A DNA stretch of 64,000 nucleotides from an uncultured cyanobacterium (GCA_963740315.1 CAVUDP010000004.1:768001-832000), one strand, 5' to 3'. Counted from the first letter of the stretch, positions 42,060-54,229 are shown. The notes: generated from the letters alone by a model not told the origin. Made by a program: numbers and translations.

Positions 42060-43937
42060 TCAGCTCGCCAATGCTTCCTGAATCGCCATATTGTAAATTA
42101 CGCGACCCGGTGTCGTGTATATATACTGAGAAAGTAATTCTCCGGCTGCATCTTGTCTGACGCGGCGGAATTTGTAGTGCAAGGTGCGGGTACCGTCTTC
42201 ATTTTCTGTGGTTTCTACGGGCTTGTTATCCTCTACATCCTGTTCCACCGCCCCATCGTAGCGGACGTAAACGTAAGCGTGTAAATGTACCTGCTGTTGC
42301 TCGTAAGCCATGACTACATCCTCTAATGAGGCATAATATCCCCCAGCACCCTTGCTTGCATCGGGGTTTTCTGCGGTTAAATAATATGCTCCCAATACCA
42401 TGTCTTGACTGGGTGTAATAATCGGCTTACCAGTAGCTGGAGAAAGTATGTTGTTGGAAGCTAACATCAACAATCTTGCTTCCGATTGCGATTCCAAAGA
42501 CAAAGGAACGTGTACCGCCATTTGGTCGCCGTCAAAATCGGCGTTGAATGCCGGACATACCAAAGGATGCAGTTGAATTGCCCTTCCTTCTACCAAAATC
42601 GGTTCAAATGCTTGAATACCCAAACGGTGCAAAGTTGGGGCGCGGTTGAGCATTACCGGGTGCCCTTCAATCACTTCTTCCAAAACATCCCAAACTTGGG
42701 GGTCTGCCCTAGCTATTAATTTCTTGGCAGCTTTGATATTATTTACCATACCGCCTCTAATCAAGCGATTAATTACAAACGGCTGGAATAGTTCGATCGC
42801 CATTTCTCTGGGCAAACCGCACTGGTGAATTTGCAGCTTCGGACCGACTACAATTACGCTTCTTCCGGAATAGTCAACACGTTTACCCAATAGGTTCTGC
42901 CGGAAACGTCCTTGCTTACCTTCAATAATGTCGGACAAAGATTTTAAAGGACGGTTGTTGGCACCAACTACAGTACGTCCGCGCCGCCCGTTATCGATCA
43001 AAGCGTCTACAGCTTCTTGCAGCATCCGTTTTTCGTTACGGACGATGATTTCCGGCGCGAGAATTTCCTGCAATCTCGCCAAACGGTTGTTGCGGTTAAT
43101 TACCCGGCGATAAAGGTCGTTCAAATCGCTGGTTGCAAAGCGACCGCCATCAAGCTGTACCATCGGGCGCAAATCTGGAGGAATCACCGGAATCACGGTC
43201 ATTACCATCCATTCGGGCTTGGAACCAGTCGCAATAAAGTTATCTATTACCCGCAAGCGCTTGATCAACTTGGCTCGCTTTTGACCTTTGGCAACAATAA
43301 TATCTTCGCGCAGTTTTTCAGCTTCCGGCTCCAAATCAATATCGGCAAGCAACCGCAGCAAAGCTTCCGCACCAATACCAACTTCTACACCTTCTAAGAT
43401 CGAATCTTCGCTGTAAATTTGGTCTTCAATTTCCAGCCATTGGTCTTCGGTAAGTAATTGTTTGTAGCTTAGCGATTCGGCATTCCCCTTACTCAGAACA
43501 ACATAAGAGTTAAAGTAAACTATTTGTTCCACATCCCGTAAAGGCATATCCAACAGGATGGAAATATAGCTGGGAATACCTTTGAGATACCAAACGTGGG
43601 CGACTGGTGCTGCCAGTTTGATATAGCCCATGCGGTGGCGGCGGACTCTCGATTCAGTGACTTCCACGCCGCAGCGCTCGCACACGATTCCTCTATGACG
43701 GACTCTTTTATATTTACCGCAATGGCATTCCCAATCTTTCGCCGGTCCAAAAATGCGTTCGCAGAAAAGTCCGTCCATCTCTGGCTTGAGAGTACGGTAG
43801 TTAATTGTTTCTGGTTTCGTAACTTCACCAACTACCTGAGAATTAGGTAAAGTCCTTTCTCCCCACTGACGAATACGTTCGGGTGAAGCTAAACCAATTT
43901 TTACGTAATCAAACTGATTATTTTGAGAATTTCTCAT
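42060..43937 (-). CDS. rpoC1: RNA polymerase gamma subunit
   Basis: KPETINYRT, Zn-finger CHCGKY...[13 protein letters not shown] catalytic motif. Confidence 0.99.
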   Translation of the reverse strand: MRNSQNNQFDYVKIGLASPERIRQWGERTLPNSQVVGEVTKPETINYRTLKPEMDGLFCERIFGPAKDWECHCGKYKRVRHRGIVCERCGVEVTESRVRRHRMGYIKLAAPVAHVWYLKGIPSYISILLDMPLRDVEQIVYFNSYVVLSKGNAESLSYKQLLTEDQWLEIEDQIYSEDSILEGVEVGIGAEALLRLLADIDLEPEAEKLREDIIVAKGQKRAKLIKRLRVIDNFIATGSKPEWMVMTVIPVIPPDLRPMVQLDGGRFATSDLNDLYRRVINRNNRLARLQEILAPEIIVRNEKRMLQEAVDALIDNGRRGRTVVGANNRPLKSLSDIIEGKQGRFRQNLLGKRVDYSGRSVIVVGPKLQIHQCGLPREMAIELFQPFVINRLIRGGMVNNIKAAKKLIARADPQVWDVLEEVIEGHPVMLNRAPTLHRLGIQAFEPILVEGRAIQLHPLVCPAFNADFDGDQMAVHVPLSLESQSEARLLMLASNNILSPATGKPIITPSQDMVLGAYYLTAENPDASKGAGGYYASLEDVVMAYEQQQVHLHAYVYVRYDGAVEQDVEDNKPVETTENEDGTRTLHYKFRRVRQDAAGELLSQYIYTTPGRVIYNMAIQEALAS

Positions 43938-43942
43938 CTCTT

Positions 43943-44106
43943 TGTAGTTAGTTGTTAGTTGTTAGTTGTTAGTTGCGAGGAATGGGGAATAGGGAGTAGG
44001 GAGTAGGGAGTAGGGAGTATTGAGTATTGAGTATTGAGTTACTAACATTTATTTCTCCTTGTCCCCTTGTCCCCTTGTCCCCCAATCTCCCTATCTCCCT
44101 ATCTCT
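43943..44106. repeat. STRR arrays in the rpoB-rpoC1 spacer
   Basis: (tagttgt)n, (tagggag)n, (gtattga)n, (ccttgtcc)n, (ctcccta/atctccct)n. Confidence 0.9.
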
Positions 44107-44107
44107 T

Positions 44108-47100
44108 TTACTGCTCTTCTTGTATCGTCTCGCGGGTAAGAGATTCGTAAGTAGGACGAGGTGGTGTACGACGAGAGTTTTGGTCTGTCATCAGGTCAAC
44201 TTCTACATCCAATGAGCTACCGTCATTTTGAGTTTCTACTTTATGGACTGCGATATCTAGTCCCAAAGACTGTAATTCTCGCATCAACACTTTGAATGAT
44301 TCTGGCGTTCCCGGACGAGGGATTGCTTTACCTTTAACAATGGCGTTAAGAGCTTCGTTACGTCCTTGCATATCGTCGGATTTAACGGTTAGCAATTCCT
44401 GCAACGTATAAGCAGCACCGAATGCTTCCAAAGCCCATACTTCCATTTCTCCGAAACGCTGACCGCCTTGCTGTGCTTTACCACCCAACGGTTGTTGTGT
44501 TACCAGAGAGTAAGGACCCGTAGAACGAGCGTGGATTTTATCGTCTACCAAGTGGACTAATTTGAGCATATAAGCTACGCCTATAGTCACCGCTCGGTCG
44601 AAAGGTTCGCCGGTACGACCGTCATAAACCTGAATTTTTCCGGAATCGTTGGGATTATACACCCAGTCTTTGCCGGTTTCGTCTCTTGCTTCTTGCAATT
44701 TCCCATGAACGATTTGCCGCGATGACTCTTCGCCATACATTTCATCGAAAGGTGTAATCTTAAACCTGACTCCCAAAGTATGACCAGCCCAACCCAGCAA
44801 GCATTCAAATACTTGTCCTACGTTCATGCGACTTGGTACGCCCAAGGGGTTAAGTACGATATCCACACAAGAACCGTCTGGCAGATAAGGCATATCTTCT
44901 AAAGGTAATATCTTGGAAATAATCCCTTTATTACCGTGCCGTCCCGCCATTTTGTCGCCGACTTGAATTTTCCGCTTTTGGGCTACGTAAACTCGCACCA
45001 CCATGTTTGCTCCCGGTGGTAGTTCGTCACCTTGCTCGCGGGTAAATATCCGGACATCTACGACCCTTCCTTTTTCACCGTTGGGTACCCGCAAAGAGTT
45101 ATCTCTTACGTCCCTGGCTTTCTCACCAAAAATTGCCCGCAGCAATTTCTCTTCCGGCGGCTGGTCTGATTCACCTTTGGGTGTAACTTTACCTACTAAG
45201 ATATCTCCAGCTTCTACCCAGGCACCAACGCGGATAATTCCCTGCTCGTCCAAGTTTCGCAGCGCATCTTCACCAACGTTAGGAATTTCTCTGGTGATTT
45301 CCTCCGGACCTAACTTGGTTTGTCTTGCCTCAATTTCGTATTTCTCAATGTGAACTGAGGTATAAACGTCATCTTGCACCAAGCGTTCGCTAATCAGAAT
45401 TGCATCTTCGTAGTTGTAGCCTTCCCAAGGCATATACGCTACTACGATGTTTTGTCCCAATGCTAATTCGCCACCTTCGGTGGAAGAACCATCTGCAAGC
45501 ACCTGTCCGGCAATAACTCTTTCTCCGATCCTTACCAAAGGTCTTTGGTTCAAACAAGTGTCTTGGTTGGAACGCTGGTATTTAGAAATTATATATTTTT
45601 CTTCGGGACTATCTGGTGCGGGACGGACGCGAATTTCTGTAGCGTCTACATAAGTAACGTCGCCGTCGGTGCGGGATACTATCACCATCCCCGAATCTCT
45701 CGCAGCTTGGGCTTCCAAACCAGTTCCTACTAAAGGACGCTCTGGTTTAAGCAATGGTACCGCTTGCCGTTGCATGTTCGACCCCATCAACGCTCGGTTA
45801 GCGTCGTCATGCTCCAAGAATGGAATCAAGCTCGTTGCTACCGAAACAATTTGCACCGGAGAAACTGCAACATAATCCACCTGTTCGGCTGTTGTAGTCG
45901 CCCAGTCTTGACGATAACGTACTGGTATTTGCGTACCAATAATATAGCCATTTTCATCGAGAGGCGTGTCACCCGGAGCAACCCGCAAATCATCTTCCTC
46001 ATCAGCAGTCATGTAAAGCGCTTGCTTCTCAAACATGACTTTTCCGTTTTCTACCGGACGGAAAGGAGTTTCCAAAAAGCCATATGAATTGACTTTGGCG
46101 TGAGTTGCTAAAGAACCAATTAATCCCGCGTTTGGTCCTTCTGGCGTTTCAATAGGACATATACGTCCGTAGTGACTTGGGTGAATATCTCGTACCGCAA
46201 AACCAGCACGTTCGCGAGTTAAACCACCAGGACCAAGTGCCGACAATCTGCGTTTGTGCGTCAGTTCAGCCAAAGGATTAGTTTGATCCATGAACTGAGA
46301 TAGCTGCGACGAACCAAAGAATTCTTTGATTGCTGCTACCAACGGTTTGGGGTTAACCAAAGAAGCAGGAGTTAGTGACTCGGAATCGGATACGGTCATA
46401 CGTTCGCGGATAATCCGCTCCAAACGATTCAAACCTACCCGTACCTGGTTTTGCAGCAGTTCGCCGACACTTCTAACTCGGCGATTTCCCAGGTGATCGA
46501 TGTCATCTATATTACCAATGTCAAATTCTAAATTAATCAGGTAATCGACTGCTGCCAAAATATCTGGAGCCGTTAATACCCTGAGTGTATCTGGAATTTG
46601 CAGGCGTAACTTTTTATTTAGCTTATAGCGTCCAACTCGCCCTAAATCGTAGCGTTTAGCGTCGAAAAAGCGCGAATCTAAAAGCTGTTGTCCACCTAAT
46701 ACTGTCGGAGGTTCGCCGGGACGGAGTTTACGGTACAATTCCATCAGGGCTTCTTCTTCAGAGAACTCCCCTTCTTTTTCAATGGTTTTTTGGAAGTATT
46801 CCGGGTGACGCAAAGCATCAAAAATTTCGTTATTGGTAAGTCCCAAGGCTTTCAGCAAAACTTGAGCCGAAAGTTTCCTTGTCTTATCAATTCTTACCCA
46901 AACCAGATCGTTACGGTCTGTTTCAAATTTCAGCCATGCTCCCCGGTTGGGAATTAAACTAGCAGAATAAGTACGGCGACCATTTTTATCGATTTCGGAT
47001 TTGTAATAGACTCCTGGGGATCTAACTATCTGGTTGACAATTACCCGCTCTGCACCGTTAATAATAAAAGTGCCGCGTTCGGTCATTAAAGGCAAGTCTC

Positions 47101-47407
47101 CGATAAATACTTCTTGCTCTTTAATTTCCCCAGTCTCTTTATTTATCAAGCGTGTAGGTACGTACATTTGCACCGCATAGGTGCTGTCTCGCCGCTTGGA
47201 TTCGTCTACACCATACTTAGGCTCTTTTAACTTGTATTTTTGTCCTAAGAAGTGCAGTTCCAGTTTGCCGGTGTAATCTGTAATTGGACTAAAGGAATTA
47301 AGTTCTTCTATTAACCCTTCTTCTAAAAACCAGCGAAAACTAGAACGCTGAATTTCAATCAAGTCGGGCAACATGAAGCCCGGTTCCGTCATTGAGTCGT
47401 AATTCAT
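44108..47407 (-). CDS. rpoB: RNA polymerase beta subunit
   Basis: [53 protein letters not shown] at 47407 preferred over TTG at 47419. Confidence 0.99.
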   Translation of the reverse strand: MNYDSMTEPGFMLPDLIEIQRSSFRWFLEEGLIEELNSFSPITDYTGKLELHFLGQKYKLKEPKYGVDESKRRDSTYAVQMYVPTRLINKETGEIKEQEVFIGDLPLMTERGTFIINGAERVIVNQIVRSPGVYYKSEIDKNGRRTYSASLIPNRGAWLKFETDRNDLVWVRIDKTRKLSAQVLLKALGLTNNEIFDALRHPEYFQKTIEKEGEFSEEEALMELYRKLRPGEPPTVLGGQQLLDSRFFDAKRYDLGRVGRYKLNKKLRLQIPDTLRVLTAPDILAAVDYLINLEFDIGNIDDIDHLGNRRVRSVGELLQNQVRVGLNRLERIIRERMTVSDSESLTPASLVNPKPLVAAIKEFFGSSQLSQFMDQTNPLAELTHKRRLSALGPGGLTRERAGFAVRDIHPSHYGRICPIETPEGPNAGLIGSLATHAKVNSYGFLETPFRPVENGKVMFEKQALYMTADEEDDLRVAPGDTPLDENGYIIGTQIPVRYRQDWATTTAEQVDYVAVSPVQIVSVATSLIPFLEHDDANRALMGSNMQRQAVPLLKPERPLVGTGLEAQAARDSGMVIVSRTDGDVTYVDATEIRVRPAPDSPEEKYIISKYQRSNQDTCLNQRPLVRIGERVIAGQVLADGSSTEGGELALGQNIVVAYMPWEGYNYEDAILISERLVQDDVYTSVHIEKYEIEARQTKLGPEEITREIPNVGEDALRNLDEQGIIRVGAWVEAGDILVGKVTPKGESDQPPEEKLLRAIFGEKARDVRDNSLRVPNGEKGRVVDVRIFTREQGDELPPGANMVVRVYVAQKRKIQVGDKMAGRHGNKGIISKILPLEDMPYLPDGSCVDIVLNPLGVPSRMNVGQVFECLLGWAGHTLGVRFKITPFDEMYGEESSRQIVHGKLQEARDETGKDWVYNPNDSGKIQVYDGRTGEPFDRAVTIGVAYMLKLVHLVDDKIHARSTGPYSLVTQQPLGGKAQQGGQRFGEMEVWALEAFGAAYTLQELLTVKSDDMQGRNEALNAIVKGKAIPRPGTPESFKVLMRELQSLGLDIAVHKVETQNDGSSLDVEVDLMTDQNSRRTPPRPTYESLTRETIQEEQ

Positions 47408-48145
47408 GCCTAAATTCAATTCTATAGAGGGCTAAATTTGTATGGATGTGTTGAATATTTAATCGCACTGCTATCGTAGGGAAAGCGATTGTGCAAAAAA
47501 ATGGAAGAATTAAAGCCGATACATGGCATCTCTATAAAAAATTAATCCTCCCAAGCAAGAAGGTATATGCCAACACTTAATTATTTGTTTGAGTTTGTTT
47601 GACTCGGAGCTAACTTTTTGCTTCAGAAGAAACTGTTTTACTTTGCTCATTTCCCCTCCCTTTTGGCGCTTTAATTCAAACCAATTGCCGTCTAATACTA
47701 TGCTTCCAACGCTATCCCAATCTTTATACCGTCGCAGTGATGATATCCTATTACTAAAGAAATTAATCAGAGCAATCAATAGTTTTTCTCGAATGACTCG
47801 GCAATAATGCGGGCAGATTCTTCTAGTCCCAAACTCCGAACCTTAAACAATTTTCTATAAATGAAATAATTTAGCCTTCAAGGGTAAGCTATATATCACT
47901 CATCCTTGTTTTTTAAGCGGTAATTATCGATTATAGATATCCGCTAACGCAAAAAAACAAAAGAATTAACGCTTTGGATCTGCTTTTATTTGAGCGATTG
48001 CTCCAGCAAATAGAAGACTTGAATGTCACTTAACTATTATGACCCAAGCAAGCATAATCGGAGGCAAGCATTTTAGCATATTTTCCCTCCTCCTAAAGTA
48101 AGATTTTTGATTAGCCAAACAAATATTGACATCAAAGTAGTTTTT

Positions 48146-48931
48146 TCATAACTTTAAGCCAAACAATTCACAGGCATTAGACGTGGTAGTTGCAGCAATT
48201 GACTCCAAACTTTCTCCTCGCAAGCTAGCTAATTGTTCGGCTACGAAACGAACGTAAGATGGTTCGTTGCGTTTTTGACCTCGTTTTGGAACCGGAGATA
48301 GAAAAGGGCAGTCAGTTTCAATTAAAAGGCGATCGCTTTTCACCATAGTGGCTGACTCTTTGATTGCATGGGCATTCTTGAAAGTAACGGTTCCGCTGAA
48401 GCTGATATAAAACCCTAAGTCCAAAAACCATTGGGTTTCGGAGGGGGTTCCACCCCAACAATGCATTACTCCCCGCACCTTTTCTCCATACCGCTCTTGG
48501 AAACGACATAGCACTTGCTTCAACTTCAATGCCGCATCTCTACAGTGGATAATAACTGGTAAGTTCAATTTCGTCGCTATTTCCAACTGCTTTTCTAGCA
48601 CCAAAAGTTGCTGCTCGTAATTATCAGCTTTATAAAAATCCAGCCCCATCTCCCCAATCGCGACAATTTTATCCCCGGTGTTAGCCAAGGATTCAATTTG
48701 ATTGGCTGTTTCGGATGTCCATTTATGGGCATCTAAGGGATGTAATCCTACGGCAAAGCTAATTTCAGGAAACCTATCGGCTAATGCCTGGATTCCCGAA
48801 AATTCCGATGGTTCAACGCATGAATGCACCAGACGCACTACACCCGCTTCTTGCCATCGAGAGCGCACCGCTTCCAAATCGGGCTGGAATTGGTCAAAGT
48901 TAAGATGTACGTGGGTGTCAATCAACTGCAT
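48146..48931 (-). CDS. tatD: TatD family hydrolase
   Basis: IDTHVH, GLHP, GEMGLD, IHCR, HCW, ETDCPF. Confidence 0.95.
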   Translation of the reverse strand: MQLIDTHVHLNFDQFQPDLEAVRSRWQEAGVVRLVHSCVEPSEFSGIQALADRFPEISFAVGLHPLDAHKWTSETANQIESLANTGDKIVAIGEMGLDFYKADNYEQQLLVLEKQLEIATKLNLPVIIHCRDAALKLKQVLCRFQERYGEKVRGVMHCWGGTPSETQWFLDLGFYISFSGTVTFKNAHAIKESATMVKSDRLLIETDCPFLSPVPKRGQKRNEPSYVRFVAEQLASLRGESLESIAATTTSNACELFGLKL

Positions 48932-48994
48932 TAATTTATCCTTTGAAGGAAAGTCAGCAATTAATCGTAATTACAACTGACTTTATAACACCAA

Positions 48995-49309
<315 letters not shown>

Positions 49310-49560
49310 CTATATATGTACGCACACTAATAGCCTTACTAATATAGCATCCAATTTGTCAATATGATGATGCTACAAAAAAATATCTGAAATCTTTTTG
49401 GTGGTAGTCCATATTTTCACCTGCCTGCACCTCCTTGACGAGAAACCGGGCAATTATGCTTTTAGTTCGGAGAAACCCGGAATATGTTTTTACTTGTTGA
49501 GACTATGCTGTTCGGTGAGGAAGTTATATAACCGTTCCCCTACCTATTGCCATGAATCAA

Positions 49561-50412
49561 TCAAGATAAAGTTCCAGTATAATGCTCTAATGTTGCTTCA
49601 CCAAATAGTAGTTTACTATCTTTTACTTTGCCAATGATATTATTTTTTTTAGTGTAAGAAAATATAGCCGTACAACGCTGTCGATCGCCTGCTACTTTTG
49701 TAACGCGATGCAGAGATAATTTACCTTGAAATATCTGTAAGTCTCCTGGCTGTAAATGATTTTTTTCCACTCCTTGGTAACATCCATGTAAAACTTGGCT
49801 CACTAATTCCAAATTTTCATTTGATGGAGTTCTAATATTAGGAGTATATTCAAAAACTCCCCCTTCGCTGGCGGATTGAATCATCAAAACAACGCTGAAA
49901 TCATTGCGATCGTAATGCCACGGATGTTGTGCGCCCTGTTGTAAAATATTTAATACTAATCCTGCTAAAGGGTCATCATATTCATATATTACTTCTGTTG
50001 CCAAACAAGCAGCAATAAACTTTTGAAAAATTGCTGCGTGGTAAAGAGTGAGAAAAAGCGATCGCGATGGAAATTTATTCTGTGGAACAAAAGCATTTGT
50101 TCGCTCCATAAACAATCGTGCGGGATGTTCGGGTGCTAGCGTTGGATCGTCATCTGTTTTAAATATATTTGTTTTTCTTGTAGCATAGTATGCTTGACTC
50201 TCAAGAGATAATGATTCTTGTTGAGCCTCAAAAATTGCCTCAGTTGTTAAAAAGTTTTTTAATATACAGCATCCTCTTTGCTGCAACTGTTGGCGACAAC
50301 TATCAATTAAATCTAAAGATTTTTTTTGAAATAGGTCTGCAATGGGATACTGTTGTAAATTTATAATTTCTTCAATTTTTAGTGACGCTTTTGTAAATTC
50401 TTCACTAACCAT
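49561..50412 (-). CDS. Fe(II)/2-oxoglutarate dioxygenase, BesD/HalD-like fold, hydroxylase-type HxD
   Basis: HPWHYD, GGVFEY, LQPGDLQIFQG, SLHRVT, distal Arg (RQR). Confidence 0.8.
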   Translation of the reverse strand: MVSEEFTKASLKIEEIINLQQYPIADLFQKKSLDLIDSCRQQLQQRGCCILKNFLTTEAIFEAQQESLSLESQAYYATRKTNIFKTDDDPTLAPEHPARLFMERTNAFVPQNKFPSRSLFLTLYHAAIFQKFIAACLATEVIYEYDDPLAGLVLNILQQGAQHPWHYDRNDFSVVLMIQSASEGGVFEYTPNIRTPSNENLELVSQVLHGCYQGVEKNHLQPGDLQIFQGKLSLHRVTKVAGDRQRCTAIFSYTKKNNIIGKVKDSKLLFGEATLEHYTGTLS

Positions 50413-50651
50413 TACATACCTGCTTTGAGATTTGAGTTAATTGTGTACAATGACGGTTCGATCGCTTCTCAAACAGCGATTATTATAGCAGATACTAACT
50501 TTTAAGTGACTTGAAAGCGACTTAATAGTGGCGAGTAGGAACCGGAATGAAAATTTAGTGTAGCTAATCCTAAATCGATAGTATCTCTGTGACAAGGCTA
50601 TCAAATAAAAATTAAGACTTTTATTGTATCTAGATATTATTCAAACAAACT

Positions 50652-52385
50652 ATGATGTACCAATTCCAAAATTCACTTCCCAAATTACCTTTACCAACAT
50701 TAGAACAAACTTGCAAACTTTACATTCAGATAGTTGCACCGTTATTAAACCAAGAAGAATTGACGCAAACCCAAGCCGTAGTTGAGGAATTTCAGCAGGA
50801 AAGCGGTAAAAAATTACAGCAGCAATTAGAAATAATTAATAGCGCTACCAAAACCAGTTACGTTCACGATTACCGGGAAGAAAGTTTCTCGGAATATCGC
50901 GGGGCTTTAATGATCGATAAAAATTTTGGCGGCATACTTACACCAATTTCCCAACCAGAGTTACCCCAAGCTAAAGTTGCTGCAACTTGGATTGTCGATA
51001 CTTTGAAGTTTTACCTAAAAATTAAACGACGCGAACTTGAACCAGATAGAGATTCACCGCGTAGTGGGAATCAACCAATGTGTATGGTTCAGTACGATAA
51101 TTTATTTGGCTGGAATCGGATTCCTGGTATTAAACGCGATGGAATGCGCCATAGTCCAGAACGAGAGAATGTTATAGTTATTTACCGCAATACGTTTTAC
51201 TCGCTACAACCGCTCAAAGAAGAAATTGCATCAGTCGCACAAATCGAGCAACAAATAAATTGGATTTTAGAGAATACTTCCTCCGATGAACCAGCTTTAG
51301 GAGCATTAACGGCGATGAAAAGGGCTTCTTGGGCTGTAGTTCGTCAAGGTACAGCAGCTTTACCAGAAAATGCTCGTTGTTTAGATTTATTAGATAGTGC
51401 TTTATTTGTAGTTTGTTTGGATGAGACAGCGCCAGCAAATATAGAAGCTGCTGCTAAAAATGTACTGCATGGAGATGGAAAAAATCGCTGGTTTGATAAG
51501 CCTTTACAGTTAATTTTTACACCTAATGGCTGGTCGGGTATTAATGTCGAACACGTGGGAATTGATGGTTTTGTCATCATGCGTTATCTGTATGAAGTTA
51601 ATCAAGAACGCCTTTCTCAAAACCAAAAATCGGTAGAAGATACATTTGTTTTGGAGCTACCCATAAAATTGCGGTGGCAGTTCAGTGAAGAAATTTTGGC
51701 GGAAATTAAGCAAGCAGAAGTTGAAGTTGAGGGCTTTATTTCCGAACACGAAACAAAGGTTTTGGACTACCAAGAATTTGGGCGAAATTTGATTAAGAAC
51801 TACCGTTTGAGTCCGGATGCTGTTGTGCAATTAGCAATTCAAATTGCTTATGTAAAATTACGGGATAAGATTGATTGCGTGTATGAATCAGTGCATACTC
51901 GGCGGTTTGCCTACGGGCGTACAGAAGCAATGCGATCGGTTACTCCTGAGTCTATTGAATTGATTCGCAGTTTTACTCAAGAAGATTCAGGTGAGGCAAA
52001 ATACGCAGCCCTTAAAAAAGCTGTTGCCGCTCATGTCTCTCGCCAGAAAGACTGTCAGCAAGGATACGGCGTTGACCGTCATTTATCAGCACTTTTACGG
52101 TTGGCGCGTGCCCAAGGAATGATGCCGAAAATCTATCAAGATAAAGCCTACAAAGTTCTGGGTGATTCAACTATCTGTACGAGTAGTTTAGCCGCAGGAA
52201 TGGGTATGGAATTATTTTGTTTTGGTCAAGTGGTAGATAACGGCTACGGTATCGGCTATATTATCAAGCCCGATAGTATAACTGTGAGTTTTACTAGTAA
52301 GTATCAAAATACGCAAGAATATATTGAGTGCTTAAAACAAACTTTTTCAGAGTTTAGCAAGTTAATGGCTGAGTTTGGTAATTAA
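50652..52385 (+). CDS. Choline/carnitine O-acyltransferase family protein
   Basis: LPKLPLPTLEQT, PMCMVQY, NRWFDK, catalytic EHVGIDG (HxxxD), SPDAVVQLAIQ, YES...GRTE, GVDRHL, CTS, FGQVVDNGYGIGY. Confidence 0.95.
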   Translation: MMYQFQNSLPKLPLPTLEQTCKLYIQIVAPLLNQEELTQTQAVVEEFQQESGKKLQQQLEIINSATKTSYVHDYREESFSEYRGALMIDKNFGGILTPISQPELPQAKVAATWIVDTLKFYLKIKRRELEPDRDSPRSGNQPMCMVQYDNLFGWNRIPGIKRDGMRHSPERENVIVIYRNTFYSLQPLKEEIASVAQIEQQINWILENTSSDEPALGALTAMKRASWAVVRQGTAALPENARCLDLLDSALFVVCLDETAPANIEAAAKNVLHGDGKNRWFDKPLQLIFTPNGWSGINVEHVGIDGFVIMRYLYEVNQERLSQNQKSVEDTFVLELPIKLRWQFSEEILAEIKQAEVEVEGFISEHETKVLDYQEFGRNLIKNYRLSPDAVVQLAIQIAYVKLRDKIDCVYESVHTRRFAYGRTEAMRSVTPESIELIRSFTQEDSGEAKYAALKKAVAAHVSRQKDCQQGYGVDRHLSALLRLARAQGMMPKIYQDKAYKVLGDSTICTSSLAAGMGMELFCFGQVVDNGYGIGYIIKPDSITVSFTSKYQNTQEYIECLKQTFSEFSKLMAEFGN

Positions 52386-52414
52386 AATTGTAAGGATTTG
52401 AGGCTAATATCATA

Positions 52415-52440
52415 AAGCAGGCAAACAGCCTGCTTATTTT
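52415..52440 (+). terminator. Probable intrinsic terminator after the acyltransferase
   Basis: aagcaggc-aaaca-gcctgctt followed by atttt. Confidence 0.65.
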
Positions 52441-52555
52441 ATAGTAATTGTTAAATCGGATTGTAAATACCAACTTAACTTGCAGTTGCTCTAAGATTTA
52501 GGAGTAAAATATATAACTGTGTTCTTTTTGGCTTACTAGCACTGAATTTATACAA

Positions 52556-54229
52556 ATGCTGCTCAACAACCGCTATCGGATAATTCAAACTTTAGGAAGC
52601 GGTGGATTTGGAGAAACTTTTTTAGCTGAAGATACCCAGATACCTTCGACTCGACGATGTGTAATCAAACAATTAAGAATAATTCAAGATAATCCTCAAA
52701 CTTATGAACTTGTACAGCAAAGGTTTGCACGGGAAGCGGCAATTTTAGAAGAATTAGGTGACGGCAACTCTCAGATTCCTAGATTGTATGCGTATTTTAG
52801 CGAAGGGCAGCAATTTTATTTAGCTCAAGAGTATATTCAAGGGCAAACTTTGAGCGAAGCAGTCGCAACTCGTGGGCGCTTGAGCGAATCCAGGGTGCGA
52901 GAAATATTAATTAGCTTGTTGAATATACTTGACTACGTTCATAGTAAAGGCATTGTTCACCGCGACATTAAACCAGAAAATATTATTCTCCGCTCTTCGG
53001 ATAATCAGCCAGTTTTAATCGATTTTGGTGCGGTGCGAGAGACAATGGCTGCACAAGTTAATTCTCGTGGGAATGTTACCAGTTCGATTGTCATCGGTAC
53101 GCCGGGATTTATGCCAATTGAACAAGCTGCTGGCAGGGCTGTTTTTGCCAGTGACTTGTATAGCTTGGGATTGGTAGGTATTTATTTGTTGACGGCGAAG
53201 TTACCGCAGGAGTTAGAAACAGATACTAATAGCGGTGAAATTATTTGGCAGAAAAACGGTATAAGTCCTAATTTTGCAGCAGTTTTAAATAAAGCTATTC
53301 GCTCTCATGTAAGAGAACGTTTTTCTACTGCGAAAGAAATTCTGGATGCATTACAACCGCAGCCAACCGTACAAGTCACGCCATCATCACCACCGAAAAC
53401 CGCAAAACCGAGTAATACGGGAAGTTGGTTTAAGTCGGCATTAATAGGTAGTGTAATGAGTGGATGTGCGCTGTTAGCTTTTGTATTTGTTCAAGAAAAC
53501 CAACAGTCACAAAAAGTTAATCCTGTAAAACCGAAGCCAACAGAAACACCTCCGGTAGCTGTTACTACTCCGACTCAAGCGCCGATTTCGTTTTATTTCC
53601 TGGCAGATTCGGCATTTCGAGAAATCAATAATGCTAACAATCAAATTACAGTTTTAAAGAATGCTGGCTATAACCAAGCTGGAAAATTTTGGTTGCGGGA
53701 TTATCCCAATTTATCTAATAATCCGTACCATCAAGTTTACGCGGCAAAATTTAGCAGTCGGAGCAACTGTATTGAGTCTCTGAAAAATTATATTCAACGC
53801 AATCAAAATGCTTATTGCGCTCTTGCTAGCGAAGATGGAAATGCATCGCCAAATTATTTTTATGGTTCGCAAGTAGAAACTCCTAAAATAGATTCCAAAC
53901 CATCACCAAGCCAAGCAGTAATTAATTACTATCAAACTATTAACGATCGCAATTATTCAACTAGCTGGAATCAACTTACTTCAAAATTTCAAAGAAATAA
54001 ATCTAATAATAGTTACTCCGAATATATAGACTGGTGGAATAAAGTTCAAAGGGTAGAAGTTGAACGAGCAAATACTTTATCAACAACTTCCAATACCGCA
54101 ACAGTGGAAGCACAAATGAAATATTATCTGAAATCGGGAAGAGTTATTTCCGATGCTCAACGCTTCAAATTAATATGGAATGCGACGCAGCAAAATTGGA
54201 ATTTTGACGATTCTAGCAACCTAAATTAA
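52556..54229 (+). CDS. Membrane Ser/Thr protein kinase with SPOR-like and NTF2-like extracytoplasmic domains
   Basis: GSGGFG, VIKQL, HRDIKPEN, DFG, GTPGFMP; one TM; C-terminal domain calls are by pattern only. Confidence 0.92.
   Translation: MLLNNRYRIIQTLGSGGFGETFLAEDTQIPSTRRCVIKQLRIIQDNPQTYELVQQRFAREAAILEELGDGNSQIPRLYAYFSEGQQFYLAQEYIQGQTLSEAVATRGRLSESRVREILISLLNILDYVHSKGIVHRDIKPENIILRSSDNQPVLIDFGAVRETMAAQVNSRGNVTSSIVIGTPGFMPIEQAAGRAVFASDLYSLGLVGIYLLTAKLPQELETDTNSGEIIWQKNGISPNFAAVLNKAIRSHVRERFSTAKEILDALQPQPTVQVTPSSPPKTAKPSNTGSWFKSALIGSVMSGCALLAFVFVQENQQSQKVNPVKPKPTETPPVAVTTPTQAPISFYFLADSAFREINNANNQITVLKNAGYNQAGKFWLRDYPNLSNNPYHQVYAAKFSSRSNCIESLKNYIQRNQNAYCALASEDGNASPNYFYGSQVETPKIDSKPSPSQAVINYYQTINDRNYSTSWNQLTSKFQRNKSNNSYSEYIDWWNKVQRVEVERANTLSTTSNTATVEAQMKYYLKSGRVISDAQRFKLIWNATQQNWNFDDSSNLN

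Noticed and set aside
47510..47779. 89-aa ORF upstream of rpoB and its 72-aa antisense ORF
   Set aside because: No motif or clear SD; cannot be supported as a gene
49398..49637. 79-aa + strand ORF at the usual hisD position
   Set aside because: No HisD similarity, overlaps the dioxygenase 3' end
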